From the IMG/VR virus record IMGVR_UViG_3300044608_002890: DNA of 64,000 nt, one strand, 5' to 3'. A program made the translations under genes and the position numbers. This DNA comes from a virus. Of this stretch, positions 32,809 through 41,728 are shown piece by piece. Under the pieces are notes generated by a model. That model was not told the DNA's origin, ran no database searches, and saw nothing but the letters and a program-made list of their open reading frames with translations. The stretch's first letter is position 1; each line of letters begins with the position of its first letter.

Positions 32809-33162
32809 ATGAACATACTAGACAAACTACGTGATCCTAATCATAAATTTTATGTCAGTGACGTAATCAACATACAAAAAATTTCGGAATTTTGCCGAAC
32901 TAAATTGACTGCAGCTACGGCTGAAACCATTGCTTGGATTGGTCTAATACTAATACACGCTGCCACTGTTCCGACGCTTCTGGCAGTCATGAGCGGATTG
33001 ACCGAAAAAATGCCGCCGGTGGATCTGGTATTGTTTGTCTGGGCAGGTTTATCGCTTTTCTTTGTTAGAGCTGCTATTCTCAAGGACATGGTCATGGTCA
33101 TAACCATAGGCTTTGGATTTGTTGTGCATGCAGTCATGTTGGCCCTCATAACCTTCAAGTAA
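32809..33162 (+). CDS. Multi-TM membrane protein
   Basis: About three hydrophobic segments. Confidence 0.7.
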   Translation: MNILDKLRDPNHKFYVSDVINIQKISEFCRTKLTAATAETIAWIGLILIHAATVPTLLAVMSGLTEKMPPVDLVLFVWAGLSLFFVRAAILKDMVMVITIGFGFVVHAVMLALITFK

Positions 33163-34121
33163 TGCCTACCTTTAGAGCCAATGTACTTTACATTGTTGGT
33201 CTAAACAACAGTCGACGTACAAGTATCAATGTACATCGAAGCTCTGCCAACAACAGACCAGCCATACCTAACTGGTCCATAACGCCCAATGTATATGCTG
33301 CTACTGGTTATGGTCCCAACGAAATTGATCCTCCTGTAGGAGCGTTGGAACTTGACCCAGTATTCTTAATAACCGAAAATTTTACCTGGAGAGCCGGAAA
33401 CACTGTAGTCGGAGCACCTGGATCCGGAAGTCAGAATCCCTATTCCTGGGATGCCAATCTTACCGTACAGGCCGAAACTGCGTTGTTTTTAAAAAATGAT
33501 GCCAACAACCATTTAACATTGCTTGTCGAAGGTGTTGACTATACCTATGCGTATGATACCATCACCAATCCCGCTGTGCCCAGACATTCATATACCTTTG
33601 GCACAACCTATGGACCAGGATTTAGTTTTTTGGCAACCAGCCTTCGTTATGACATAGCACAATCCGTAAAACCCTTGTCCCATTACATTGTAACGCTGCC
33701 ATCAGCTACCCTGAGCTATGGCAATGTTTGGTATCTGGATTTTACTAACCATAGATTGGCTTTTGCCAATGCCAGCCTAGCTGTTCCGGGAACAACAATT
33801 ACGCTAAGCACCGGTGAACCCATTGTGCCCGGTGAGTCCAATGTATTGCTCATAGAATCCATCATAGATGCCAACGAAGCAATTATTTTGGAGGACAGCC
33901 CAGGATATCCAGGATTTGAAAATCCTCGATATACAATTTTATTAGAAGGCTCGCCTTTTACTCGTTATCTTGTAGGCCAACACTATGGAATTTTCATTCA
34001 AAGTGACTTTCATAGCCCCGTAACCAAAACCCTAACAGCCAACAATGCCGGCGAAGCTCGTGCTTTGTTTTTGGCTGCTTATGGTCCCAATAGTCTAGTA
34101 GATGAACCTCAACAGATATGA
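33162..34121 (+). CDS. Beta-rich hypothetical protein (possibly virion-associated)
   Basis: 319 aa, T/N/P/G/Y-rich; TAATG coupling. Confidence 0.7.
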   Translation: MPTFRANVLYIVGLNNSRRTSINVHRSSANNRPAIPNWSITPNVYAATGYGPNEIDPPVGALELDPVFLITENFTWRAGNTVVGAPGSGSQNPYSWDANLTVQAETALFLKNDANNHLTLLVEGVDYTYAYDTITNPAVPRHSYTFGTTYGPGFSFLATSLRYDIAQSVKPLSHYIVTLPSATLSYGNVWYLDFTNHRLAFANASLAVPGTTITLSTGEPIVPGESNVLLIESIIDANEAIILEDSPGYPGFENPRYTILLEGSPFTRYLVGQHYGIFIQSDFHSPVTKTLTANNAGEARALFLAAYGPNSLVDEPQQI

Positions 34122-34369
34122 ATGAATTAACTGATGGTTTGGTCATAACCAAACGTTTTAGAACTGCTACAGAATTTTCCTTGTACATTGAAAATCGTGT
34201 TCTTGAAACAAAAACCGGATACATGGACAGCATAATTGCCTACTGTACCGAAGCCGACATCAACATCGAAAGCATAGGCAAATTAGTCAACACTAGCCTC
34301 AAAGAAAAAATTCGATGCGAAGCCGAAGAGCAAAACTACATGAAACCCCGTGCTAAACTTCCCATATAA
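34118..34369 (+). CDS. 33: Late transcription coactivator gp33
   Basis: FS..IE.......YMD.I..YC....I.IE...KL....LKEKI..EA...N. Confidence 0.88.
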   Translation: MNELTDGLVITKRFRTATEFSLYIENRVLETKTGYMDSIIAYCTEADINIESIGKLVNTSLKEKIRCEAEEQNYMKPRAKLPI

Positions 34370-35145
34370 TGAATGCCTATCAAGTCTACAAAAACTACTT
34401 AGCCCTCAGACTACATTTTACCAGCGACGATTATGATGTATTTCAGATGCAAGGTCGTGTCCGAGCCAGCCGCAAGGCTTTTGCTGCTCGCAAAGATCTG
34501 TTTAGCATAGAACGCATCAGCAAAAAATACGCAGACTCTGAAATCATAAACTTTTTAGTTGCAAACTTCGTGACCGGCGATCGTTGGGGCGGAGTATTTG
34601 ATACCGAAGCTCATGATCGATATCTGGACTGGACCAAACGCCAGGAAAGCATGAGCTATGTTTTCCGAGCCGAAGTAGAAAATCTAAGCAACTATTCAGA
34701 AGATTGGTCTGAATTACTGGCCACCAAAAAATCCAGTCATCCATATATAATAAAAGCCTTCTTAGGCGGCCATGTTAGTGTTGAAACCATGACCATTTTG
34801 GACATGCTCTCTGCAAAGAGTATTACCAGTCTAGCCATAGCCGATACCATCATATGGCCCAATCTACGAAGAATCGTAGTCAAGTACGCTCCTTTCCTCC
34901 AATTCGATCATGAACGATATTCAGAAATTTTTAGATCACGATTTAGATTTACAATCCCAGAGAATGAAAACTCTGGAGGAAATGGTGGTACAACTTCAAG
35001 AACAGAATGTAGCCATGCAGGAGCAGATAACCAGTCTGATGTTCTCGATGCGAGATACTCAGCGGTATCTCATAAAGCTAGCACAAAATCAACAAGACAT
35101 CACCAAAAGAGTCAGCATGTGGCCCTATCTGACTATTTCCAATGA
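34369..35145 (+). CDS. 59: Helicase loader gp59 (C-terminally extended)
   Basis: Y..YLAL..HF....YD......V.A...F..RKD...F; between genes 33 and 32. Confidence 0.88.
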   Translation: MNAYQVYKNYLALRLHFTSDDYDVFQMQGRVRASRKAFAARKDLFSIERISKKYADSEIINFLVANFVTGDRWGGVFDTEAHDRYLDWTKRQESMSYVFRAEVENLSNYSEDWSELLATKKSSHPYIIKAFLGGHVSVETMTILDMLSAKSITSLAIADTIIWPNLRRIVVKYAPFLQFDHERYSEIFRSRFRFTIPENENSGGNGGTTSRTECSHAGADNQSDVLDARYSAVSHKASTKSTRHHQKSQHVALSDYFQ

Positions 35146-35158
35146 GGACGAGAGCTAG
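34910..35158 (+). CDS. Coiled-coil protein overlapping the gp59 tail
   Basis: Heptad pattern; true start may be ATG 34964. Confidence 0.5.
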   Translation: MNDIQKFLDHDLDLQSQRMKTLEEMVVQLQEQNVAMQEQITSLMFSMRDTQRYLIKLAQNQQDITKRVSMWPYLTISNEDES

Positions 35159-35163
35159 ACATC

Positions 35164-35355
35164 ATGAAGCACCATAAATATGATGAAGAGCGTGAACCAA
35201 AATTGCATAAAGTTCAAAAAGGCATGAGTTCGCGCATAGACAAACACAAGAAGTTAATATATAATTTGGCATCAACCTATAAAAAGGCTGATGTCGATTT
35301 AGATGATGAGTATGATGCAAATCTTTATTATGATACACATGCTAAACGACGTTAA
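35164..35355 (+). CDS. Small hypothetical protein
   Basis: GAGG/GAGAG upstream; precedes gene 32. Confidence 0.55.
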   Translation: MKHHKYDEEREPKLHKVQKGMSSRIDKHKKLIYNLASTYKKADVDLDDEYDANLYYDTHAKRR

Positions 35356-35387
35356 TACTACTAATACTTTTAATACGGAGAAATACC

Positions 35388-36332
35388 ATGGCATTTACTA
35401 GTCTTTCTGATCTTCGCAAATCGCGCGGAGGCTTCGACAAGCTGGTCAAAGAAGTAGAACGCATCAGCGCACCCCAAGCCGGAAACGATAAGAATGATGA
35501 TCGTTTTTGGACTCCCGATGTAGACAAAGCAGGCAATGGCTATGCAGTCATTCGTTTCTTGCCACCAGCCAAAGGCGAAGAATTTCCCTTTGTGCGTGTC
35601 TGGAAGCATGCCTTTCAAGGACCTACGGGCAAGTGGTACATTGAAAATAGCCTGACCACCATCGGCAAAAACGATCCGGTCGGTGAGCTCAATCAGGAGC
35701 TTTGGAATTCAGGTGTAGAAGCCAACAAAGAAGTTGCTCGTAAGCAAAAACGCAAACTAGAATACATTGTCAACATTCTGGTTGTCAGCGACAGCAAGCG
35801 TCCCGAAAACGAAGGCAAAGTCTTCTTGTATAAATTCGGTAAAAAGATTTGGGACAAGATCAAAGACGTAACCGAACCTCAGTTTGAAGATGAAAAGCCC
35901 ATCAATCCCTTTGACTTTTGGGAAGGCGCAAACTTCAAGCTTAAAATTCGCAATGTCGAAGGCTATCGTAACTACGATAAGTCAGAATTTGACAAGCCCA
36001 GCGCACTGAGCGAAGATGATGCTGATATTGAAAAAATTTGGTCTCAGCAACACAGTCTCATAGATTTTCATCATGAGCGTCACTTCAAGAGCTATGAAGA
36101 CCTCAAGAAGAAACTTGACAGCGTTCTAAATGCGCCTGGACAAGCACCACGTCGTGCCGAACAGATGAGTTTAGATGAGGACGAAGAACAAGTACCTTCG
36201 ACTCGTTTCGCATCAGCAGAAAAATCTGCTCCTCCGGCCAAGCCCAAGGCACCGCCACCGAGAAAAGAAACTGATTTTGATGATGATGAGGAAAGCCTCT
36301 CGTACTTTGCCAAACTAGCCAACGATGACTAG
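35388..36332 (+). CDS. 32: Single-stranded DNA-binding protein gp32
   Basis: DDRFW.P..DK.GNG.AVIRFLP, WYIENSLTT, GKVFLYKFGKKI, YF.KLA acidic tail. Confidence 0.97.
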   Translation: MAFTSLSDLRKSRGGFDKLVKEVERISAPQAGNDKNDDRFWTPDVDKAGNGYAVIRFLPPAKGEEFPFVRVWKHAFQGPTGKWYIENSLTTIGKNDPVGELNQELWNSGVEANKEVARKQKRKLEYIVNILVVSDSKRPENEGKVFLYKFGKKIWDKIKDVTEPQFEDEKPINPFDFWEGANFKLKIRNVEGYRNYDKSEFDKPSALSEDDADIEKIWSQQHSLIDFHHERHFKSYEDLKKKLDSVLNAPGQAPRRAEQMSLDEDEEQVPSTRFASAEKSAPPAKPKAPPPRKETDFDDDEESLSYFAKLANDD

Positions 36333-36424
36333 AGTCAGACTGACGATACCAGCCAAGCGTCCCTATCTGATGGCCGCTGGTATCCGAGTAGGCCAACATC
36401 GATTTAACTTTTTAAGGAACTAAA

Positions 36425-36652
36425 ATGAAAGCACTTATCGCATTGTTTGCAGCTCTTGGTTTGTCTGTAGCCGTTGCCGCTGACGCCAAGAAAGAAGAAC
36501 CCAAGAAAGAAGCTCCCAAAGCCGAAGCCGCTAAGCCCGACGATGGCAAGAAGCCTGTTGTTCGTCCCGTAGGCAAAGATGGTAAACCCGTAGAAGCTCC
36601 CAAGGGCGAAGTAAAGAAAGAAGAGCCCAAGAAAGCCGAAGCCAAGAAGTAA
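36425..36652 (+). CDS. Small secreted Lys/Glu/Ala/Pro-rich protein
   Basis: Signal peptide MKALIALFAALGLSVAVA; KKEEPKK repeated; AAGGA RBS. Confidence 0.7.
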   Translation: MKALIALFAALGLSVAVAADAKKEEPKKEAPKAEAAKPDDGKKPVVRPVGKDGKPVEAPKGEVKKEEPKKAEAKK

Positions 36653-36657
36653 TTGGG

Positions 36658-36679
36658 ATCGGGGCGGCAACGCCCCGAT
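36658..36679. terminator. GC-rich 9-bp hairpin near convergent transcription boundary
   Basis: ATCGGGGCG-GCAA-CGCCCCGAT; no clear U tract. Confidence 0.45.
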
Positions 36680-36685
36680 TAAAAC

Positions 36686-36889
36686 ATGGCAAAATTTTCT
36701 TATAACGATTTAAGTGTAGCCTACATGTTGCTCTGCTTGGCCAAGCAACGTGAAGCCTTTAAACCCGAAGAGCAAGCAGGCGTTGACGAATGCATCGTCA
36801 AGCTCTATGAATTTTTAGATGTTCTTAAAAAAGATGTCGAAGGTCGGACCGTGATGTTTGACAATCTCGAACCTTCGGAAGAAGATTAA
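36686..36889 (+). CDS. Hypothetical protein
   Basis: Last + strand ORF before convergent block. Confidence 0.5.
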   Translation: MAKFSYNDLSVAYMLLCLAKQREAFKPEEQAGVDECIVKLYEFLDVLKKDVEGRTVMFDNLEPSEED

Positions 36890-38523
36890 TAACTCGCTAC
36901 ACGATCTAGGTAGCGAGTCAAGGTACTGGCTTCAGGTCTAATCTGAGGCTTCAATGGTATAATTCCCGATTGCTGTGGTTGCGGAGCTGCCTGAGAACTA
37001 TTGTTGTTTATGACAGTTGTACCTCCAGTTCCTTCGGCCTGCATGTCGCGATTGGCCGTGCTATAGGCCTGCATGACACTACCAGATTGACTGGGCGATG
37101 TGGGACTGAGGTTGGCAGTTGCTGGTTCTGCACCAGCAAGCGAAGTTTTTGTACCAATGTCACCAACTGTTGCAGCTTTGCCAGACATGAGCTTGCTGGC
37201 CATGGAATTTTCTTTGTTACCTGTAACACCGTATTTTTCTTTGGTGGCCTGATATTCCTTTTCAGAAACTTCTTGACCATTGATATAGTACTTACCGTCG
37301 GCATACATGCCTTCTATCTTACCCTGTGGACTAGCTACTGAAAAACTACCTGTCTTATTGGTTTGTATGTTGTTTTCTATTTTATTACTATTGCCGCCAA
37401 AGAAATTACTGATCCTGCCGCCTATGTTGCCTACGGCTTCGCCTATGCTTCCGCCAGCCATGTAGCCCAAAGCACCACCAGCTAGCCCTCCAACCACAGT
37501 TCCTGCGGGTCCAAAGAAGCTGCCGAAACTAGCACCGACCTTAGCGCCTGCAATGGCACCACCGGCTCGACCTACGCCACCACCAATGCCTTCGCCTTTG
37601 GTTATGGTGGCTTTTTTATCGGCTTCTTCTACCTTCTTGTTGTATTCGGCCTGAGATATTTCTCCGGACTTGAGCTGGTCCTGTGCAGCCATGACTTCGG
37701 CTTGCTTTTCGTTGCTGGCCTGTCCATATTTTTCATAGGCAAACATGCCGCCACCTATGGCACCAGTTACGCCAGCTGCTACTAGGCCGCCTTTGCCGCC
37801 CATGAACTTGGCTGCTTTGCTTAAAAATCCTCCACCAGCTGCTGGACTGGGTTTTGGAGCTGGAGCGCCCACCGTAGGTTTACGGTTAAGTACATCAGGC
37901 AAAATCTCAGCCGCAGCACCCAACAGAGTGCTGCCTGTGCTAGGAGCTTCGGCAGCCTGTGCTTCGGCTGGCTTCTGTTCGTCAAAACTTACTTTGCCTG
38001 CAGTGGATTTTACAGGACCACCGGCAGCCGGTGTAGATATCTGTGGTTTAACAAAGGTACCAGTAATGGCATCTCGGTATACACTGCCACGTCCCTTCTT
38101 TTCAAATTTTAGACTGCCTTCGGTTATTTTTCTTAGCAATGTAATTTCGCCAAGAACTTTCTGAAGTATGTCATTGTTGGCATTATAAACTTTGAGCAGT
38201 TTATCGGTATTGTCTTTGCCGGTCTTTTCTTTGGCTACTTTGGCCGATGCCTTGGGACCGGATTCAGGGGGTTTCAATGGCTTGGAAGCATCATCAGATG
38301 CTTCGAGACCACCTTTCCACCAGGTATTGAGATTGCCCAGAATGTCCTTGCCGGCCTGAGCAAATACTTCACGCGTGCCCATGGCCTTCACAGGCACACC
38401 TTCTATGAACTTCTCATAGCCTTCGGGCAACTGTCCCTGATTCTGTATGGGCCTGGCCTGCACGCCCAGCATGTTTTTGAACATGCCAGGCAAAGCATCG
38501 GCTGGTTTGGTCTTTTTTGCCAT
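36886..38523 (-). CDS. Probable tape-measure/baseplate hub protein (gp29-like)
   Basis: 545 aa, Ala/Gly-rich with glycine zipper and TVINNNS C-terminus; position downstream of gp26/gp51. Confidence 0.55.
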   Translation of the reverse strand: MAKKTKPADALPGMFKNMLGVQARPIQNQGQLPEGYEKFIEGVPVKAMGTREVFAQAGKDILGNLNTWWKGGLEASDDASKPLKPPESGPKASAKVAKEKTGKDNTDKLLKVYNANNDILQKVLGEITLLRKITEGSLKFEKKGRGSVYRDAITGTFVKPQISTPAAGGPVKSTAGKVSFDEQKPAEAQAAEAPSTGSTLLGAAAEILPDVLNRKPTVGAPAPKPSPAAGGGFLSKAAKFMGGKGGLVAAGVTGAIGGGMFAYEKYGQASNEKQAEVMAAQDQLKSGEISQAEYNKKVEEADKKATITKGEGIGGGVGRAGGAIAGAKVGASFGSFFGPAGTVVGGLAGGALGYMAGGSIGEAVGNIGGRISNFFGGNSNKIENNIQTNKTGSFSVASPQGKIEGMYADGKYYINGQEVSEKEYQATKEKYGVTGNKENSMASKLMSGKAATVGDIGTKTSLAGAEPATANLSPTSPSQSGSVMQAYSTANRDMQAEGTGGTTVINNNSSQAAPQPQQSGIIPLKPQIRPEASTLTRYLDRVASY

Positions 38524-39119
38524 TAGATTGGTCTACGAACAGTTGGACGAGGCATGCCATCTTCTCTGGGGGCTACAGGAGCTGCTACTGCACCCGCAGG
38601 CTCTGACAAGGGCATGTTGCTACCAGGATCAGCATAACTTACTGGTTGTGGTCTAGGTGCCATGTTTTGTTGCATGTTTTGTTGAGCAGGCATAATACCT
38701 CCAGATATCATTCCCGACGGAGGAGTTGGACTTGGAGTAAACTTAGGTGGCTCTGAACTCAAAGTTGGTGTTGCTACACCACCGGCTGCGCCAGCAATCT
38801 TTTCCTGTGTACGACCAAAAGCGCTAACACCCAGTACCGCACCCATAGCTACGTGGAACAAACCGCCGCCCTGCAAGGTAATTGGAACCCATTGGCGAAA
38901 GGCATCATTAGCTGCTTGTGTTTCCCAGAACTGTACAATAGTAAACATCACAGGAAATATGGCAAAATCAGCCAAACAGCAAAGCATATACATCATGGCC
39001 ATCATGGGACGCCATTTTTTGGTCATCCAATCCTCTTTGGCTTCATTGCCAGGGATTAATTTAGAATCTTCTTCTTTGGTTTCTTCGACCTTGGGTTCTT
39101 CTTTTTTCTTACCGAACAT
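38523..39119 (-). CDS. GTA-type 3TM holin family protein
   Basis: W..KWRP.M..MY...DF..FP, W.PITLQGGGLFH.AMGAVLG..A.GRTQEK. Confidence 0.75.
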   Translation of the reverse strand: MFGKKKEEPKVEETKEEDSKLIPGNEAKEDWMTKKWRPMMAMMYMLCCLADFAIFPVMFTIVQFWETQAANDAFRQWVPITLQGGGLFHVAMGAVLGVSAFGRTQEKIAGAAGGVATPTLSSEPPKFTPSPTPPSGMISGGIMPAQQNMQQNMAPRPQPVSYADPGSNMPLSEPAGAVAAPVAPREDGMPRPTVRRPI

Positions 39120-39120
39120 C

Positions 39121-39288
39121 TCATGCTCCCTGTTGTGCTATGCGCCTCATGTTGGCTTTTTGGTTTTCTTCTTGTATATGTAACATCAGTAAATCAATGT
39201 ATACGGCCCGTTCCCAGGGCATCATGTTTTCAAGTACTGCTAGATCATAACCATGAAATTGCATCAAAGCAAAGTTTGAGCGAAACAT
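39121..39288 (-). CDS. 51: Baseplate hub assembly protein gp51
   Basis: Manual translation MFRSNFALMQFHGYDLAVLENMMPWERAVYIDLL..HIQEEN; absent from ORF track. Confidence 0.85.
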   Translation of the reverse strand: MFRSNFALMQFHGYDLAVLENMMPWERAVYIDLLMLHIQEENQKANMRRIAQQGA

Positions 39289-39314
39289 GTTTTCTAAACT
39301 TTCCTGGGCCAGGC

Positions 39315-40010
39315 CTAGACGAAAAAATTGTCTAGACCCTCTAATTTTAATTCGTGATGCTTTTTACAGCTCGGACAATCCGTGACAACATCTAGGACTA
39401 CTCTGGGCATGGTGCTAAAAAAGCTCATCAACTTTTCTAACTGCTTGGTGTTAAGTTGTTCTATGAAGTTCACCATTTCTTCTCGAGTGCTTTCACGGGC
39501 ATCGTAAAATTCATTGTCCTGATGTACGCCTACGATGCAGTCACATAAAAGATCAATCACCTTATCAGCATCAGTGCTTAGATATGCTTCAAGACCTTCG
39601 TCCAGATGCGGATACCGCATGTCTATGGCAACACTTCTGGATAATGCTATGCGATTCTGGTGACCTTCGCTGTTAATAATCTTGGCTGAACCCAGATTTG
39701 TCTGTGTTTCAATTTTAGTACCACACTCACAATTTACTATGAGATCTAAAACTTCGCCTATGCTGGCTTTTCTGAGTTCTATGAACAAATGCACAAGATC
39801 AAAGAAAGCCAGTTGATCTATCTTAAGTTTATTGAATGTGCAATTATCAACAACTTCACTGACAATTCGGGTTATGTCTTTGCTCTCGGCATCTTTGAGC
39901 ATCAACAATACTTTGTGCTCCTTGACTAAAAATGGTCTGTATTTTACGGGTTTTCGTGTACTGGGTACAATGGTTTCATATGTCGGCACTTCAAGTACTG
40001 GTAAAGGCAT
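39315..40010 (-). CDS. 26: Baseplate hub assembly chaperone gp26
   Basis: MPLP....P.Y...PST...VKYRPFLVKE.K.LL, CxC, MRYP, C..C.....L.GL.NFF. Confidence 0.92.
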   Translation of the reverse strand: MPLPVLEVPTYETIVPSTRKPVKYRPFLVKEHKVLLMLKDAESKDITRIVSEVVDNCTFNKLKIDQLAFFDLVHLFIELRKASIGEVLDLIVNCECGTKIETQTNLGSAKIINSEGHQNRIALSRSVAIDMRYPHLDEGLEAYLSTDADKVIDLLCDCIVGVHQDNEFYDARESTREEMVNFIEQLNTKQLEKLMSFFSTMPRVVLDVVTDCPSCKKHHELKLEGLDNFFV

Positions 40011-40016
40011 GATATT

Positions 40017-40700
40017 TTAGGCTCCTGCTCCTAGAGAATTAAAGGTTCCTGCTCCAAGTTCTTGATTTACATCTCCAGTGATGGTGGCAAAATTCGGTGG
40101 ATCAGTAGGTATAATGCTGTTTCTATCCAAACTATTTCTGTTGGTATTCACACCGTATCTGGGCTCACCTTCGTACCAGCGTCTAAATCTGAAATTCACT
40201 TGTAAGAGATGAAAGGCATTCTGTATGCCATGATTTAGATCCAGTTGAGTCTGTGTTGCAGGAAATGCTTCTTCGAGTGTTATGGTGTAGACTTCGTTGT
40301 CCTGATCGTCAAGCTGTGTAATGTTTACAAAAGGAGCAATGTAGTCTTGCTGATAGCTTACAGTGTATTGGCGACCATCGACTATGCTCTGCATCCATCG
40401 ATCAAAAAGTTTTTTCACACGCATGTCTTGATCTACATGAAAAGCCAGCATCATGAATCCGCCATAGTTTATGCTTTTGGGTCTGTGTATGGCTGGACCC
40501 CAGCTACTGAAAACTTCGGCATTGATGTTGAGTTCAGGAAATACTGCACTTTCGGCCATGAGGCTCAGTGCCTGATTGCTATAATCCAGCCCTTCTAATA
40601 CCCGTGGTGGAGCAGCCAATAGTACTTCGAAACGATTTTTGCGAGCCAGACCAGTTTCGGCTACAGTGGATCTAAAATTCTCTATGCTGAAAGCGGCCAT
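40017..40700 (-). CDS. 54: Tail tube initiator gp54 (gp19 family)
   Basis: GLAR.NRFEV, F..D......F..W, L.EAFP, V.F..R.W. Confidence 0.75.
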   Translation of the reverse strand: MAAFSIENFRSTVAETGLARKNRFEVLLAAPPRVLEGLDYSNQALSLMAESAVFPELNINAEVFSSWGPAIHRPKSINYGGFMMLAFHVDQDMRVKKLFDRWMQSIVDGRQYTVSYQQDYIAPFVNITQLDDQDNEVYTITLEEAFPATQTQLDLNHGIQNAFHLLQVNFRFRRWYEGEPRYGVNTNRNSLDRNSIIPTDPPNFATITGDVNQELGAGTFNSLGAGA

Positions 40701-41260
40701 TAGTATGTCTTCCTGCTGTCACGCCAGACAGCTGTTTTATTGGCGCCAACAAATTGCTCTACGGGCAGTTGGCTGGCAGTGACCCAATCTGGGTAGGCTA
40801 TGTTAAGAAAACGACTTTCAACATGAGCATAGAGGTAGTGTTTGACACAGGCTTGCAATGGCCTTAGCGTGGCTGCACTCTGTATGAGATTCCAACTAAG
40901 TCGAATCTTTGTGGTTTGATCGTTTTTGTCATTGTTTACATAATCAGTCAATTTGGCTAGTATTTTGAATCTAACCATATAGGGCAAGTAATGAAGATTA
41001 AGACCATAGAATCCATCAGGAATCAATCTATAAGGAAAGACCAGTGGAAACCTATCCCAGTATGGCAATGTATCCTTGTGCTTGGCATCATAAAAGAACA
41101 AATACATGAAGCCCGGCAATGGTTTATTTGTAAGCGACCCACTGCTTCGCATGAGGCGTTCGGTCTGACCACGAACATTGGTCAGCTTGCGAACCTGTTG
41201 CTGATACCATTGATAACTGGCTTCAGGATCGGGTTTGATGTTATCGAATACAGATGCCAT
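40700..41260 (-). CDS. 2: DNA end protector gp2
   Basis: MY.F.YDAK.KDTLPYWD.FPL, GLNLHYL, C.K.YL..HV. Confidence 0.9.
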   Translation of the reverse strand: MASVFDNIKPDPEASYQWYQQQVRKLTNVRGQTERLMRSSGSLTNKPLPGFMYLFFYDAKHKDTLPYWDRFPLVFPYRLIPDGFYGLNLHYLPYMVRFKILAKLTDYVNNDKNDQTTKIRLSWNLIQSAATLRPLQACVKHYLYAHVESRFLNIAYPDWVTASQLPVEQFVGANKTAVWRDSRKTY

Positions 41261-41263
41261 GGG

Positions 41264-41728
41264 TTATTTATTTGATGATTTTATGCCTAGATCTTTTTCG
41301 GTCAGTATCATGAACTTCATGTTACGATCTTCACAGTATTCAAATGCAGCCTTCCATTTTGCGTCGTTTACACCATATTGAAATACTTCGTCAATGAATC
41401 TCTTGGTTATGCGTTTGGGTTTGACTGGTGGCCGGGTAAATTTTTCTGGTTTAATTTCGACAAGATACTTGGTAGTTTGATTGTTGCGGTCACGTACTTT
41501 CATGTAAAAATCCACAAAGTATCGGTGAACGCGTTGATCCAAGGGACTAACATAGGGTATGATTACAGTTTCACTGCCCCACTCCAGCACTGCAGAATTA
41601 TGATCGCACCATTTCATGAAACGAAGTTCCCAGGTACTACGCCAGACGATCTGTGTAATATCACCTCGATATTTTTCTGGATGCTCGACTCTATAGATTC
41701 CTCTATAGGTGTTCTTGTACTCAGCCAT
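41264..41728 (-). CDS. 4: Head completion nuclease gp4
   Basis: P.KY.GD...IV.RS.WE..FM.WCD......WGSE...IPY.SP.D...HRYFVDF. Confidence 0.93.
   Translation of the reverse strand: MAEYKNTYRGIYRVEHPEKYRGDITQIVWRSTWELRFMKWCDHNSAVLEWGSETVIIPYVSPLDQRVHRYFVDFYMKVRDRNNQTTKYLVEIKPEKFTRPPVKPKRITKRFIDEVFQYGVNDAKWKAAFEYCEDRNMKFMILTEKDLGIKSSNK

Noticed and set aside
39123-39335. Plus-strand 70-aa ORF
   Set aside because: Shadow of minus-strand gene 51, which has the conserved MPWER motif.
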